Counted from the first letter of the stretch, positions 20,894 through 31,617 are shown. The stretch: 64,000 nucleotides of DNA from an uncultured Acidobacteriota bacterium (GCA_964568735.1 CAZMRF010000001.1:283215-347214); one strand, 5' to 3'. The notes: generated by a model not told the origin, from the letters alone. Numbers and translations are program-made.

Positions 20894-22989
20894 AGCGCGG
20901 CGGGATGGCGGCGGGTGGCCGCCTCTTCGGGCTCGCCGGCCCGCGATACGGGGTAGTAGACGGCCCCGTAGGATGACCGGGCCTGACCCTTGAGCAGGTC
21001 GACGTCGTTGAGCACCGCCCCGGCCACCGCGTCCTTCACTCTCCGGAGATCCGTCAGGGCCCTGCGGACGATCTCTCGATCGGTGGCGGCGTGACGGATG
21101 ACGAGAAGGACCATGTCGGCCGCCGAGCCGAGGAGAACGCTGTCGGCGAGACCCACGACCGGCGGCGAATCGATCACCACCCAGTCGAAGTCGGCGCGAA
21201 GCGAGGCCATCAGGGCCGCGAACCGCTCCGTCGCGATGATCTCGGGCGGGTTGGGCGGGAGCGGGCCGCAGGGCAGGAGGCTCAGCCCCTCGACGTCGCC
21301 TGGCCGGAGGTACCCCCGGTAGGAGCCGGGCGCGTCGCCGGAGGAGACGTAGTTCGTCAGCCCCGGCGCCGAGGGGACCGCGAAGGTCGTGTGGACAGAG
21401 GGCCTCCTGAGATCCGCGTCCACGAGGCAGACGCTGTCGCCCCCGCGCGCGAGGCTTCGGGCGAGCGCCGCCGCCACGCTGCTCTTGCCCTCCCCCGGCG
21501 CGGCGCTCGTGACGAGGACGGCGCGGCGGTCGGATTCCCTGCCCGCCAGCTCCACCCCCATGCGCAGCATGTGGAAGGCCTCGTTCACCGCATGGGCCGT
21601 GTTCTTCCTCAGCGACGGGACGAGCGCCATGATCTTCAGGCCCAGATCACGCTCCACCATCTCGGCGGAGCGGACGCTGTTGTCCACGTACTCCAGGAAG
21701 AAGACGAGGCCGACGCCGAAGGCCGTTCCGAGGAGGAGGGACAGCGCGACGTTCAGCACCTTGCGCGGCTTGCTCGGGTGCATCGGAACGATGGCCCTGT
21801 CCAGGAGATCGACGTTGTTGCTGACAAGCTCCGCGTTCAGGCTGACCTCCTCGATGCGAGCCGTCAGGAGGTCGTAGATCCTCTTGGCCTCGTTGGCCTC
21901 GGTTTGAAGCATCTTGTAGCCGCTGGCCTTCTCGCTGACGTCGAGGGCGTCGACCTTGGCCCGCTCGATGGCCTCCTGGAGGTCCCTCTCGCGCTCGAGG
22001 GTGAGCCCGTACTCCGTTCGGATGGCGCTGATGATCCTGTCGGTCTCGGAGCCGATCTTCTGCTCGAGCTTCTCCAGCTCCGAGGAGACCTCCTTCACCT
22101 TGAAGTGGCCGGGCTTGTAGGTCACCAGGAGGCGCTTCTCCTCCGTCTCCAGGTCGATCCGCTGCTTGTTCAGCCCCCGGAGGACCTCGTCCTCCGCGAC
22201 CTTGGGGAGCACCTGGTAGCTGCCGTCCGACTCGTCGATCTCCTTGATCTTCTCGAAGACGGCTTCGAGCTGGAGGCGGTGCAACCGGGTGTCGGTGAAG
22301 TCCTTCTCGAGCTGCGTGAGGCGCTCGTCGTAGGACTTCTTCTGGACGTCCGGCTCGTAGACCTTCTCCACCCGGGCGTAGCGGTACATCCGGTCCTGCG
22401 TCTCCTGCAGCTTCGAGCGCAGCGGCTCGATCCGCTCGAGGAGATCGTTGATGGCCTGGCGCGTCCGCGCCCGGGCTTGCTCTATGTTCCGCTCGACGTA
22501 GGCCTCGCCGTAGGCGTTCACCCAGGCGGCGACCTGCTCCGCGTCGCGCCCGCTCATGCTGATGTCGACGATGCCGGTCTCTTCCCGCGGATCGATCTCG
22601 AGCAGGGCCCCGAAGGCGGCGACGGGATCCTCCATCGCCGCGAAGCCCTCGTGGCTCTCCAGCCCCAGGGTGGAGAAGGCCGTCTCGGTCACGGCCCGCG
22701 ACTGGAGCACCTGGAGCTGCGTCTTGAGGTACCTGTCCTCCGCCGACCAGCCGTAGTCGGTCGTCCCGATCTGGGAAACGTCGGCGCCCGGCGCCACCTT
22801 CTGCGCGCGAGCATGGATCTCGAGCGTGGCCGTGGCCTTGTAGGTGGGCGTCTGGAGCAGCGTCGCAATGATGCCGATGGTGACGATCACCGTGAAGGTC
22901 AAGAGGAAAGTGTTCCGCCCGCCCCAGAGGATCCGCCAGTACTGCCTGAGGTGGGCCGTGGGCTCGGCTCGCGTACCGAGGTTGCTCAT
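20890..22989 (-). CDS. Polysaccharide co-polymerase / tyrosine autokinase (Wzc/GumC/EpsB-like). Chain-length determinant fused to a BY-kinase domain.
   Basis: Wzz-like N-terminus with TM helices and a coiled-coil periplasmic region. C-terminal Walker A SAAPGEGKSSVAAALA plus VDADLRRP. Confidence 0.9.
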   Translation of the reverse strand: MSNLGTRAEPTAHLRQYWRILWGGRNTFLLTFTVIVTIGIIATLLQTPTYKATATLEIHARAQKVAPGADVSQIGTTDYGWSAEDRYLKTQLQVLQSRAVTETAFSTLGLESHEGFAAMEDPVAAFGALLEIDPREETGIVDISMSGRDAEQVAAWVNAYGEAYVERNIEQARARTRQAINDLLERIEPLRSKLQETQDRMYRYARVEKVYEPDVQKKSYDERLTQLEKDFTDTRLHRLQLEAVFEKIKEIDESDGSYQVLPKVAEDEVLRGLNKQRIDLETEEKRLLVTYKPGHFKVKEVSSELEKLEQKIGSETDRIISAIRTEYGLTLERERDLQEAIERAKVDALDVSEKASGYKMLQTEANEAKRIYDLLTARIEEVSLNAELVSNNVDLLDRAIVPMHPSKPRKVLNVALSLLLGTAFGVGLVFFLEYVDNSVRSAEMVERDLGLKIMALVPSLRKNTAHAVNEAFHMLRMGVELAGRESDRRAVLVTSAAPGEGKSSVAAALARSLARGGDSVCLVDADLRRPSVHTTFAVPSAPGLTNYVSSGDAPGSYRGYLRPGDVEGLSLLPCGPLPPNPPEIIATERFAALMASLRADFDWVVIDSPPVVGLADSVLLGSAADMVLLVIRHAATDREIVRRALTDLRRVKDAVAGAVLNDVDLLKGQARSSYGAVYYPVSRAGEPEEAATRRHPAAL

Positions 22990-23999
22990 GACGCTCCAGG
23001 CCCCCGGGCTTCCCTCTCCGGGACGTTCACGACGTCGCCCGGCCTGAGCCTGAACCTGGCGGCCTCTTCCACCATGCCGAGCATGGCCGAGGTCTCGAAG
23101 CGGATCGTCCGGCCGGCCTCAGCGGGGTCGGACTCCATCGGGCGCCGCGTGACGAGGATCGTGTCGCCCGCTCCGGTTTTTAGCCCGCCGGCCATCGAGA
23201 TCGCGTCCACGAGGGTGGTGGGGCCGGTGAGGTAGTAGCGTCCCGGCTTGGCCACCTCTCCCACCACGTTCACCCACTGGCTGAGGTACTCCCACACCGA
23301 GACGGTGACGTGCGGATCCACGAGGTAGTCCTCGCCGAGCTTCTCCTGGATCTCCGCCGCGATGGCGTCCACCGTGCGCCCCGCGGCCTGGAGATTGCCG
23401 ATGAGGGGAAGGTTGATCAGGCCGTCGGGACTGACCTTCGAGGTCTTCGTCAGATCCTCGTGGCCGAACACCGAGATGGCGAGCACGTCGTCGGCTCCCA
23501 CCCGGTAGGCGCCGGCTGCGGGCAGCCTGCCCTTGTCGGGAGGCGGAATCAGGAGCAGCGAAAGCCCCCCCGGCCCCTGGTCGAAGCGGACCAGCGAGTC
23601 ACCCATCCTGGGAACGATGACGCGGACGGAGGGTCGCTCCCCACCCGCCGCGGCTTCGACCCTGAAGGGAAGGATGGAGTCGCTCCCTGTCGAGGCGGTC
23701 GGAGGAACGCTCGCCGAGCTGGTCACGCCTCGCAGCTCCAGGACGAGGTCGCGCTGATCGGGCGGGCCCTGGCGGGAGAGGCTGACGTCCCGAAGCGGCC
23801 CGGTGGCCCGGACCGTGAGCCGGACCAGGCGCCCCTCGGGGAGGGCCTCCAGGCCCGTCACCCGGACCGGCTCGGATTCGATGTTCTCTTGTTGCAGGGG
23901 CAGGCCTGCGGCCGTGCCCGTGGCTGCCAGGATCAGGAAGGCAGCGAGGAAGATCGTCGCCGGAGCGGTGGCTGGACTCCACGCATCTGTCCGCCTCAT
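22986..23999 (-). CDS. Polysaccharide export protein (Wza/EpsI-like, Poly_export plus SLBB), with an N-terminal AMIN-like region.
   Basis: Signal peptide. Motifs YRVGADDVLAISVFGHEDL and PDGLINLPLIGNLQAAGRT. RBS GAGGAGAG. ATGA overlap with wzc. Confidence 0.85.
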   Translation of the reverse strand: MRRTDAWSPATAPATIFLAAFLILAATGTAAGLPLQQENIESEPVRVTGLEALPEGRLVRLTVRATGPLRDVSLSRQGPPDQRDLVLELRGVTSSASVPPTASTGSDSILPFRVEAAAGGERPSVRVIVPRMGDSLVRFDQGPGGLSLLLIPPPDKGRLPAAGAYRVGADDVLAISVFGHEDLTKTSKVSPDGLINLPLIGNLQAAGRTVDAIAAEIQEKLGEDYLVDPHVTVSVWEYLSQWVNVVGEVAKPGRYYLTGPTTLVDAISMAGGLKTGAGDTILVTRRPMESDPAEAGRTIRFETSAMLGMVEEAARFRLRPGDVVNVPEREARGPGAS

Positions 24000-24125
24000 C
24001 GCGGATCTCTCCTCGGGGGAATCGACGAAAAGTGTTGAAAGACTAGTGCCTTAGCCCGATCCCGTCAAGAAACTGCGCCCTCTCCCGCCCCGGGGCGGCG
24101 GGTCGGAAGGCCTCGTTGCACTGCC

Positions 24126-24962
24126 TCAACGGGCAGGCGCGGGGGAATCCTTGATCGCCCAGAGATTGGTCGTCGAGATGGCGAGCCAGAAGGGAATCCG
24201 CGTCGCGGGGAAGCGCTTCAGCAGCGGCAGGATGGGGCGCGCCAGCTTCTTGACGCCTCTGAGATCCTCCGGGCGCACGAGGTCGAAGACGTCCAGGACC
24301 TGCCCGAACCCTGCTCTGTGGAGCGCCTTGCCCAAGCCCATGGGAGTGAAGTGGTTCCAGGCGAAGCCGTTCTCCATGACGTCCGCCCCCTTCTTCCGTA
24401 TGGCAATTCCCCTTTGAAGCGAAAAAGGGAGCCACTGATAGAGCGGGAAATCGATCTCCGTCGAAATCGGGTAGAGGCGGTTGGTCGTCCCGACGAAGAG
24501 CAGACCCCCCGGCCGGAGCACTCTCCATGCCTCCGAGAGCGCCGCCTCCCATCCGCTCACGTGCTCGAGCACCGAGTTGGCGTAGACGACGTCGAAAGAG
24601 GAATCGGCCAGAGGAAGCGCCTCGGCTCTCGCGACGTGGAAGGTCGCATCGATCCCCGACCCCGCCGCCCTCAACCGCGCGAACTCCACCAGCTCCCAGG
24701 AGATCTCGACGCCCACGGCGCCGTAGCCCTCGCGGCGCGCGTGCACCGTGAACCAGCCGGTCCCCGATCCGACTTCGAGGATGTCCGCGCCGGACTTGAA
24801 GTTCTTCACGCGGCGCAGAAGGGCGATCGTCTTGCGGTACTCGGCCTGGTAGTCCTCGAGGCTCTTTCCGCCCACCTCATGGAGGTAGTGCTGGACCGTG
24901 CTGAGCGATCGCCGGGCAGTGGAGCCGGGATGGGAAGGCCCGCCGCCCTCCTCGCCGGACAC
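24126..24962 (-). CDS. Class I SAM-dependent methyltransferase.
   Basis: Motif I ILEVGSGTGWF and motif LRPGGLLFV. The start is uncertain: GTG at 24962 was chosen, and the ORF extends in frame to 25295. Confidence 0.7.
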   Translation of the reverse strand: MSGEEGGGPSHPGSTARRSLSTVQHYLHEVGGKSLEDYQAEYRKTIALLRRVKNFKSGADILEVGSGTGWFTVHARREGYGAVGVEISWELVEFARLRAAGSGIDATFHVARAEALPLADSSFDVVYANSVLEHVSGWEAALSEAWRVLRPGGLLFVGTTNRLYPISTEIDFPLYQWLPFSLQRGIAIRKKGADVMENGFAWNHFTPMGLGKALHRAGFGQVLDVFDLVRPEDLRGVKKLARPILPLLKRFPATRIPFWLAISTTNLWAIKDSPAPAR

Positions 24963-24970
24963 GGGCAGCC

Positions 24971-26041
24971 TTACCTCAGCCTCGGGCGACGGCCCAGGAA
25001 GCGGAGGCGCCTGCCGATCTTGTCGCCCGTGAACCGGAGCGCGTCGGCCGCGGAATCCATGATGAGGAGACCCTGCACGAGCTGCGCAAGCCTGATGTGA
25101 TCCGCGCGAAAGAGCCGATCCGGCTCGGGCGAGCGCAGCGGGGCGAGAAGCAGCCTGTGAAATGCCCCGGGCTGCGCCGCGCGGATCACCTCGGAGGGGA
25201 CCGTGCCCGGGAAGACCTTCTCGACGTAGGCGAGCCCGGCGGCGAAGACCGTCGCCATCCTCCACTGGCCCGCGCGGCGCCTCGCGACCTCCCAATCAAT
25301 GGGCCTGCGGCGGATCAGGAGCTGGATGTCGTGGAGCCAGAGGAGGCGGGCGTCGAAGTAGTGGTAGCCGAGGTGCAGGATGAGCGCCAGGAGGAAGTCC
25401 TCGTCGGAGAGTCTCAGCAGGCTCCTGCCCTCCACGGCGTAGGGTACGGCCCGCTCCCAGAGTCCCGCGTCGTCCACGTCGTAGCGAATGGGCTGGCCCA
25501 GGCTCCAGTGCAGGTCGAACGACGAGGGCGGCTTGCCGGGAGCAGCGAGCGTGATGTTGAAGTAGTTCGCGAGCCAGTAGTCGGCCTCCTGCTTGCCCGG
25601 GATGCGATAGCCGGCGGCTGTCAGAGCCTCCTTCACCCTGGGCCAGTCCGACAGCCGGATGAGGACGTCCACGTCCACCATGGGGCGGCGATCCACGGAC
25701 TCGTAGAGCAGGGGCGCGAGCGCGGCGCCCTTCAACACGATGAAGCGCACGCCCGCGGCCTTCATGGAGTCGGCGAAAAGACCCAGGCGGTGGTAGAGGA
25801 GCGTCAGCTCGACGCGATCGCTCTGCCTGTCCTCTTCGAGCTGCGCGACGAGGCCGCTCGGTGCCCCATTCTCCGCGAGCTTCTCGAGGACGAGCGACGT
25901 CAGGCCCGCCCGCCTGAGCCCCTCCGCGAGGCGCCGGGCCTCCGAGGAGGGCATCTCGGGCAGCCGCCCACCTCTCAGAAGAGTGAGGACCAGCGGTGCC
26001 ACGTCGTGGCCCGCATGGTGACTGTGAGCGCGCTCTCTCAT
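24971..26041 (-). CDS. Nucleotidyltransferase-family protein (PF14907/NTP_transf_5-like).
   Basis: Minimal nucleotidyltransferase-like core (VDVDVLIRLSD...LHW). Its ATG overlaps the upstream stop (ATGA at 26038-26041). Confidence 0.65.
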   Translation of the reverse strand: MRERAHSHHAGHDVAPLVLTLLRGGRLPEMPSSEARRLAEGLRRAGLTSLVLEKLAENGAPSGLVAQLEEDRQSDRVELTLLYHRLGLFADSMKAAGVRFIVLKGAALAPLLYESVDRRPMVDVDVLIRLSDWPRVKEALTAAGYRIPGKQEADYWLANYFNITLAAPGKPPSSFDLHWSLGQPIRYDVDDAGLWERAVPYAVEGRSLLRLSDEDFLLALILHLGYHYFDARLLWLHDIQLLIRRRPIDWEVARRRAGQWRMATVFAAGLAYVEKVFPGTVPSEVIRAAQPGAFHRLLLAPLRSPEPDRLFRADHIRLAQLVQGLLIMDSAADALRFTGDKIGRRLRFLGRRPRLR

Positions 26042-27198
26042 CGAGGGTCCAGCCATCCCAGCCGATCCATCTCCCCCGCAATGGCCTGGGCAGCCACTGC
26101 GTGACCGGCCGGGGAAGGGTGGCTGTCCAGCGGAACAAGATAAAGCTTCTCGCCGCCCAGAGCGGCGGCGCGGAGGGCCGGGAGCAGATCGAGGCATGCG
26201 AGTCCCGCCTCGCCTGCCCAGGCGGGGAGCGTCGCTCCTGCATGAAAGGGCTCCTCCCCTGTCACGTGGCCGTGAGAGGGATAGAGCACCAGCAGCCCCC
26301 GCCGCCCTTCCGAGGCCAGAGTTGCCGCGAGCCTGGCGAGCGCCTCACGGTAGCTCTCCCATGCTCCGGGTGCCTCTTCGGGCGCCGACCGCGCGGGCTC
26401 CACGGCCGGCAACGCATCGTGCCCGCCCGCCGTCCTCCTCCATCGTGCGGCCAGGATCTGAAGGCCGTTGAATACCGCGGTTTCCTGGAGGATCCGGATC
26501 AGCGGACCCACGAGGGGCCGGGACTTCATCGCGGCGTTTCGCCGCATCAGCTCGATCATCGGGACAGGCCGCGTCATGTCGGAGATGTCATTGGGCGAGA
26601 AGCCGATGACGACAATGTGCGGGTCGAGCCGCGCTCCGGCTCGAGCCCACATCGCCTCCGCGTCGAGGATGCCGAAACCGTTCACGCCGGCATTGATGAC
26701 CTCCACGCTCGTGGCGGCGGATCCCCTCGCGGAGGGGTCCAGCGTGATCTCGAACGAGAGGGACTCCCCCGCCTGCGGCGCGCGCGGCGGGGATCTGCTC
26801 TCCAGGCGCCGCGCCAGCTCCTGTTCGAGGAGGGCAGGCCAGGCCTCCTCCGTATTCACGTGGTCTCCGAATGTATAGGAGTCGCCGAGCGCCATGACCC
26901 TCAGGCATCCGGGCCTCCGCTTCTCGGCGAGGTCACGGCCCCTGAAGCCGAGGTTGTTGATCCGGATCTTCGCGGGCAGATCCGGGCGGAGAGTGTCGAT
27001 GAATTCCTGGCCCGGGGCGTAGATCCCGGGAATCCTCGCCAGGGTTTCGAGATCGGGCGAACGCAGCGCACGGGAAGGCGCGAGGCCGGTCACGCGAAGA
27101 GCGCCTTCCGCCAGCGCGAAGGCGATCAGGCAGGAGCCCGCGGCGAGCCCTGCATTGAGGGCGAGCCCACGGAGCCGCCCCGGCCGCACCTGAGCCAT
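26038..27198 (-). CDS. SGNH/GDSL-family hydrolase, a likely polysaccharide O-acetylesterase/acetyltransferase-associated protein.
   Basis: N-terminal TM/signal. Block I GDSYTFG. Block V DSHPSPAGH (DxxH). Confidence 0.7.
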   Translation of the reverse strand: MAQVRPGRLRGLALNAGLAAGSCLIAFALAEGALRVTGLAPSRALRSPDLETLARIPGIYAPGQEFIDTLRPDLPAKIRINNLGFRGRDLAEKRRPGCLRVMALGDSYTFGDHVNTEEAWPALLEQELARRLESRSPPRAPQAGESLSFEITLDPSARGSAATSVEVINAGVNGFGILDAEAMWARAGARLDPHIVVIGFSPNDISDMTRPVPMIELMRRNAAMKSRPLVGPLIRILQETAVFNGLQILAARWRRTAGGHDALPAVEPARSAPEEAPGAWESYREALARLAATLASEGRRGLLVLYPSHGHVTGEEPFHAGATLPAWAGEAGLACLDLLPALRAAALGGEKLYLVPLDSHPSPAGHAVAAQAIAGEMDRLGWLDPR

Positions 27199-27212
27199 GC
27201 CTCGAACGGCTC

Positions 27213-28613
27213 CTAGTAGCCCGGGCGGAACATGATCGTCTGGAGCGTCTTGAGGAGGATCACGGCGTCCAGGGCCAGGGACTTCTCCTGGATGTAGTAG
27301 AGATCGTACTGCAGCTTGGTGTGGGCATCCTCGACGGAATTGCCGTAGGGGAAGTTCACCTGGGCCCAGCCCGTGAGCCCCGGCCGGGTCGCGAACCTCA
27401 GGTCGTACCAGGGAATCTCCTTCTCCAGCAGCTCGACGAAGTGCCGGCGCTCCGGCCTGGGGCCGATGAGGCTCATCTCGCCGCGCAGAACGTTGATGAA
27501 CTGCGGTATCTCGTCGAGCCTCAGGCGCCTCAGGAACCTCCCGATCGGAGTCGTCCTCTCATCGTTGCGAGCTGCCCAGCGCGGCCCCTCGCGCTCCGCG
27601 TCATCGACCATCGTGCGGAACTTCAACAACATGTAGGGCTCCCTGAGCAGGCCGAGCCGCTCCTGGCGGTAGAGCACCGGCCCCCGGGAGGTCAGCTTGA
27701 CCAGCACCGCGATGAGCAGCACGAGCGGCGACAGGAGGAGCAGGCACAGGACGGAGAGCCCCAGATCGAGGAGCCGCTTGATCCGCCGCTTCTCCTCCGC
27801 CGCCAGGCCCGGGAAATCCTGCCCGAAGAGCAGCCAGCGATCTTCGATGTAGCGGACGGGGACCTTGCCGGTCGTCTTCATGTAGAAGGTCGGCAGCTCG
27901 TAGACCCGGATGCCATGCGCCTTGAGCCGGAGCACGTGGCTCACGAGCGAGCCGTTCATCGAAGATCGGAAGCCCGACGAGAAGACCAGGACCTGGATCC
28001 CCTCGCTCGCGGTGAGCCGGGGCAGATCGAGCGTGTTGCCCAGCACGGGGACGCCCTCGACCGTGCCCCCCGCGCGGGAGGGATCGTCGTCCACGATCCC
28101 GACGATCTTCTGCTCATGGCCCCATCCCGAGTTGATCTCCTGGATGAGGGCCACCTCCGTCTCGCCTCCCCCCACGAGGAGCACTCGCGTGGGAGACACG
28201 AACCTCTTCGAGACGAAGTGGTAGGCGTTCCGCCACAGGTAGATGATCACCGCCACGAGCGGGGCCTGGATGGCCATGACCCGCCGTGCGATACGCCACC
28301 ACGGAACCGCGTAGTAGAGCGTGGCGATGATGATGAAGGCCACCGCCACGAGCACGCTGATATAGAGGAACGAGCGCGACTCCCGTCCCGGGCGATCCAC
28401 CTCGTAGAGCTGGCCGACATAGAAGACCAGGATGTAGGTGGAGAAATAGATGACGCTTCCCCCCGTGAACTTCCCCAGGACGAAGGCCACGTCGAAGTGG
28501 GCGAAGCGGGCGATGACGAAGGCCAGCAGGAGGGAGATGAGGAGCAGTCCGAGATCCCCGGCCAGCAGGAGGATCTGCTCCCTGCGGACGGGTACCCTGA
28601 AAAAGCCGGCCAT
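27213..28613 (-). CDS. Exopolysaccharide priming polyprenyl-phosphate hexose-1-phosphate transferase (WbaP/WcaJ/EpsB-like sugar transferase).
   Basis: N-terminal TM helices. C-terminal bacterial sugar transferase domain (EIPQFINVLRGEMSLIGPRP...GLTGWAQV). Confidence 0.9.
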   Translation of the reverse strand: MAGFFRVPVRREQILLLAGDLGLLLISLLLAFVIARFAHFDVAFVLGKFTGGSVIYFSTYILVFYVGQLYEVDRPGRESRSFLYISVLVAVAFIIIATLYYAVPWWRIARRVMAIQAPLVAVIIYLWRNAYHFVSKRFVSPTRVLLVGGGETEVALIQEINSGWGHEQKIVGIVDDDPSRAGGTVEGVPVLGNTLDLPRLTASEGIQVLVFSSGFRSSMNGSLVSHVLRLKAHGIRVYELPTFYMKTTGKVPVRYIEDRWLLFGQDFPGLAAEEKRRIKRLLDLGLSVLCLLLLSPLVLLIAVLVKLTSRGPVLYRQERLGLLREPYMLLKFRTMVDDAEREGPRWAARNDERTTPIGRFLRRLRLDEIPQFINVLRGEMSLIGPRPERRHFVELLEKEIPWYDLRFATRPGLTGWAQVNFPYGNSVEDAHTKLQYDLYYIQEKSLALDAVILLKTLQTIMFRPGY

Positions 28614-28689
28614 GACGCCCTGAATATAGGGATGGGAGGCTCTCGCGGGTAGATGGGGGCGGTCCCGCCGGGTTTCCGGAGGATCCGTC

Positions 28690-31617
28690 CTAGAAGCGCC
28701 CGGTGCCCGCCAGCTCGCGCACGGACAGGGCCATCGGGGTCTCTTCACCCGCGGGGGCCGACCGGTGCTTCAGTCCCCATTCCGATTCGTCGAGCCACCG
28801 CATGAACTGCTCGCAGGGCAGAGGGCCCGTGAAGTAGTAGCCCTGGGCCGTGTCGCAGCCCAGCGCCTGGAGCTGCGACCAGATTTCCGGCGCATCCACT
28901 CCCTCGGCAACCGCCTCGAGGCCCAGGTTGTGCGCGAGATCCACGGTGGAGCGGACGATGACCGCGTCGCCCTCGTTCTTCGCCATGCCCATGACGAAGG
29001 ATCTGTCGATCTTCAGCTCGGTCGCGGGCAGGCGCCTGAGGTATTCGAGCGAAGAGTAGCCCGTGCCGAAATCGTCGATGGAGATCCCCACTCCGAGATC
29101 GGCGAGGAGCGTGACCACCTCCAGCGCCCGCCGGGGGTCTTCGATGATCGCGGTCTCGGTGATCTCGAGGACGAGACTCTCGGCGGGCATCCCATGATCC
29201 TGAAGGAGCGCCGCGACGGCCGAAGGAAGCTCTTCGTCGAGAAGGTTACGGGCCGAGCAGTTCAGCGAGAGTGAGAGGTCCAGACCCTGCTTCTTCCACT
29301 CCGCCCACTGGCGCAGGGCGGTTTCCATGACCCAGCGGGTGATGGGCTTGATCAGCCCGGTGTGCTCCGCGAGCGGGATGAACTCGCCCGGCAGGAGGAT
29401 GCCGTGCTCGGGGTGGTTCCACCTGACCAGGGCCTCCACTCCGACGATGCGCCCCAGCTCCGAGGAGATCTTGGGCTGGTAGAAGAGCTCGAAGCAGCCG
29501 TGCTCGACCGCTTCGGCCAGCTCGCCCTTCAGGGCGAGGTGCCGGACGCTATTGAAGTCCTCTTCGGGGTTGTAGAAGGCGACGGCATTCCGCACGCGCT
29601 TCGCCGTGTACATGGCGACGTCGGCCCGCTGGACGAGGAGCGTGGGCTCCGTGCCGTCGTCGGGATACATGGCGACGCCGATGCTCGTGTCCACCTGGAG
29701 GCTCAAACTGTCGAGGGGAAAGGGGGCCCGCAGCGCCTCGATGAGCTGCTCGGCCATCAGGCGCGCGCGATCCCGCGGCGTCCCCGGGAGCAGGATGGCG
29801 AACTCGTCCCCCCCGAGCCGCGCGATCGTGTCTCCGGGGCCCAGCGGCCGCCTCAGGCGGCTCCCAATCCGCGCGAGCAGCTCGTCGCCGACGTTGTGGC
29901 CCAGCGTGTCGTTGATCTCCTTGAAGCGATCAAGGTCGAGCATCAAGAAGGCCACCGGCTCACCGCGGGAGCTTGCCCCCTCCAGCGCATCCTTCACCCG
30001 CTCGCGGAGGAGAAACCTGTTCGGCAGATCCGTCAAAGGATCGTGCGTGGCCTGGTGGCGGAGCGCCCGTTCCTGACGCTTCTGCTCGCTGATGTCGCGA
30101 ACGAAGGCGACCCTGAGCCTGCGGCGCCCGAATCGGAAGGCCGTCACGGTCATCTCGACGACGAACTTCGACCCGTCGCGCCGGTACCCCGCGGTTTCGA
30201 GGCGTGCCCTGTCGGAGCCGCCATCGGCCGGCTCACCCTGAGCCGTCGCGGGCAGGCCCCCCTCGACCAGCTCCCCGAAGGGCCTCCCGATCGCGTCGTG
30301 CGCCGCGGTGCCGAAGATCTCCTCGGCGGCGGCGTTGAAGGTCTCGACCCTCCCCTCCTCGTTCACGGTGACGATCCCGTCGAGGCTGAACTCGACCACG
30401 TGGCGCATCCTGCTGGCCATGCTCCGTCTCCGATCCGACTGGAGCGCGAGACGGATCTTCTGCCGGTCGAGCACCCGGATGACCTCGATCGCGTAGACCG
30501 AGAAAATCGGCAGGATCACCGGTGAGAGATCCACGATGAGCCCGGCACCGGCCTGAAGGCCCAGCGAGAGAGCGAAGGCGGCCGCCGCCGAGGCCGTGAC
30601 GAGGAGAAGCCCCCTCTGCCAGCGGAGGGTGGCGAGCCTGGGGCCGAGGAAGAGGACGCTCGCGAGACCGATCGCGAAGAGGAGAGCGGGGGCGGGACGG
30701 CTCAGGCGCCTCCCCGAGGCGATGGACTCGAAGGCCAGCGCCTGGAGGAGCGGGCCCGGGAGGCTCCGCTGCACCGGCACGGCCACATTGTCGCCCAGCT
30801 CCACCGCGGTCGCCCCGACGATGACGGCGCGCCCGCGCACCAGGCCGGGGTCGAAGGCTCCTGAAAGGACATCCACGTAGGAGAGCCTGGGAATGGAGGC
30901 GGCCTGGATGGAGAAGTCGACGAAGAAGGGCTCGGGGGAGCCCGGCGCCTCCGAGAGTGCCAGGGCCATGGAGGGAACGTCGCCCGGCATGCCGGAGTCT
31001 TCCGGCCAGTACCTTCTCACGAGGCCGCCCTCATCGGGGCGAACGTTGATGCTCGCGAGCCGCGCGTTGCGGGTGAACTCCTCGAGCGGAGCGGTCACGA
31101 CGAAGGCGCCTTCCGTCCCGGCGCCACCCTGCCACTGGCGGAAGATGGGGAGGATGGCCTTTCCCTCCGCCGCCGCCAGGGCTCCGGCGAAGGCCGCGTC
31201 CTCGCCGGGGTCTGACCTCGAGCTGAAATCGAGGTCGAAGGCCACGCGGCTCGCTCCCGCGGCCAGGAGGGCCTCCAGGACGGTGGCGTGGTATCCCCGT
31301 GGCCATGGCCAGACGTCGAGCCTCTTGAGGCTATGCGCGTCGATGGCCACGAGAGTCAGGGGTTCCGCGGCGGGCCGGCTCAGGATCGCGAACTTCAGAT
31401 CCATGAGCCGGGCCTCGAGGAAATCGAGGCCGCCCGCGATATAGATCCCCCCCACGACGAGCGCGGCGAGAGCGTGGAGGAGGCGGCGCCCGATCAAGGA
31501 CTCTTCAGACCCAGCCTGTCCAGAAGCCCCTGATCCCCATCGCTGGAGAGCAACGTCCCGTCCTCCTTCAGCGTGCTGTCGAGGTCCAGCTCGCGGAGGT
31601 CGCGTTCGAGCTTCCAT
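28690..31617 (-). CDS. CHASE2 sensor / PAS / GGDEF / EAL protein (diguanylate cyclase / c-di-GMP phosphodiesterase).
   Basis: CHASE2 periplasmic domain flanked by TM helices. PAS domain. GGDEF domain (RLGGDEFAIL). EAL domain (ELFYQPKI). The real start may be the TTG at 31497 rather than the ATG at 31617. Confidence 0.9.
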   Translation of the reverse strand: MEARTRPPRAGPRQHAEGGRDVALQRWGSGASGQAGSEESLIGRRLLHALAALVVGGIYIAGGLDFLEARLMDLKFAILSRPAAEPLTLVAIDAHSLKRLDVWPWPRGYHATVLEALLAAGASRVAFDLDFSSRSDPGEDAAFAGALAAAEGKAILPIFRQWQGGAGTEGAFVVTAPLEEFTRNARLASINVRPDEGGLVRRYWPEDSGMPGDVPSMALALSEAPGSPEPFFVDFSIQAASIPRLSYVDVLSGAFDPGLVRGRAVIVGATAVELGDNVAVPVQRSLPGPLLQALAFESIASGRRLSRPAPALLFAIGLASVLFLGPRLATLRWQRGLLLVTASAAAAFALSLGLQAGAGLIVDLSPVILPIFSVYAIEVIRVLDRQKIRLALQSDRRRSMASRMRHVVEFSLDGIVTVNEEGRVETFNAAAEEIFGTAAHDAIGRPFGELVEGGLPATAQGEPADGGSDRARLETAGYRRDGSKFVVEMTVTAFRFGRRRLRVAFVRDISEQKRQERALRHQATHDPLTDLPNRFLLRERVKDALEGASSRGEPVAFLMLDLDRFKEINDTLGHNVGDELLARIGSRLRRPLGPGDTIARLGGDEFAILLPGTPRDRARLMAEQLIEALRAPFPLDSLSLQVDTSIGVAMYPDDGTEPTLLVQRADVAMYTAKRVRNAVAFYNPEEDFNSVRHLALKGELAEAVEHGCFELFYQPKISSELGRIVGVEALVRWNHPEHGILLPGEFIPLAEHTGLIKPITRWVMETALRQWAEWKKQGLDLSLSLNCSARNLLDEELPSAVAALLQDHGMPAESLVLEITETAIIEDPRRALEVVTLLADLGVGISIDDFGTGYSSLEYLRRLPATELKIDRSFVMGMAKNEGDAVIVRSTVDLAHNLGLEAVAEGVDAPEIWSQLQALGCDTAQGYYFTGPLPCEQFMRWLDESEWGLKHRSAPAGEETPMALSVRELAGTGRF

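Noticed and set aside
24000-24125. GC-rich palindrome ccgcc-ccgg-ggcgg downstream of the methyltransferase, considered as a terminator.
   Set aside because: No following T-tract on the relevant strand. It was kept only as a possible structured intergenic element.
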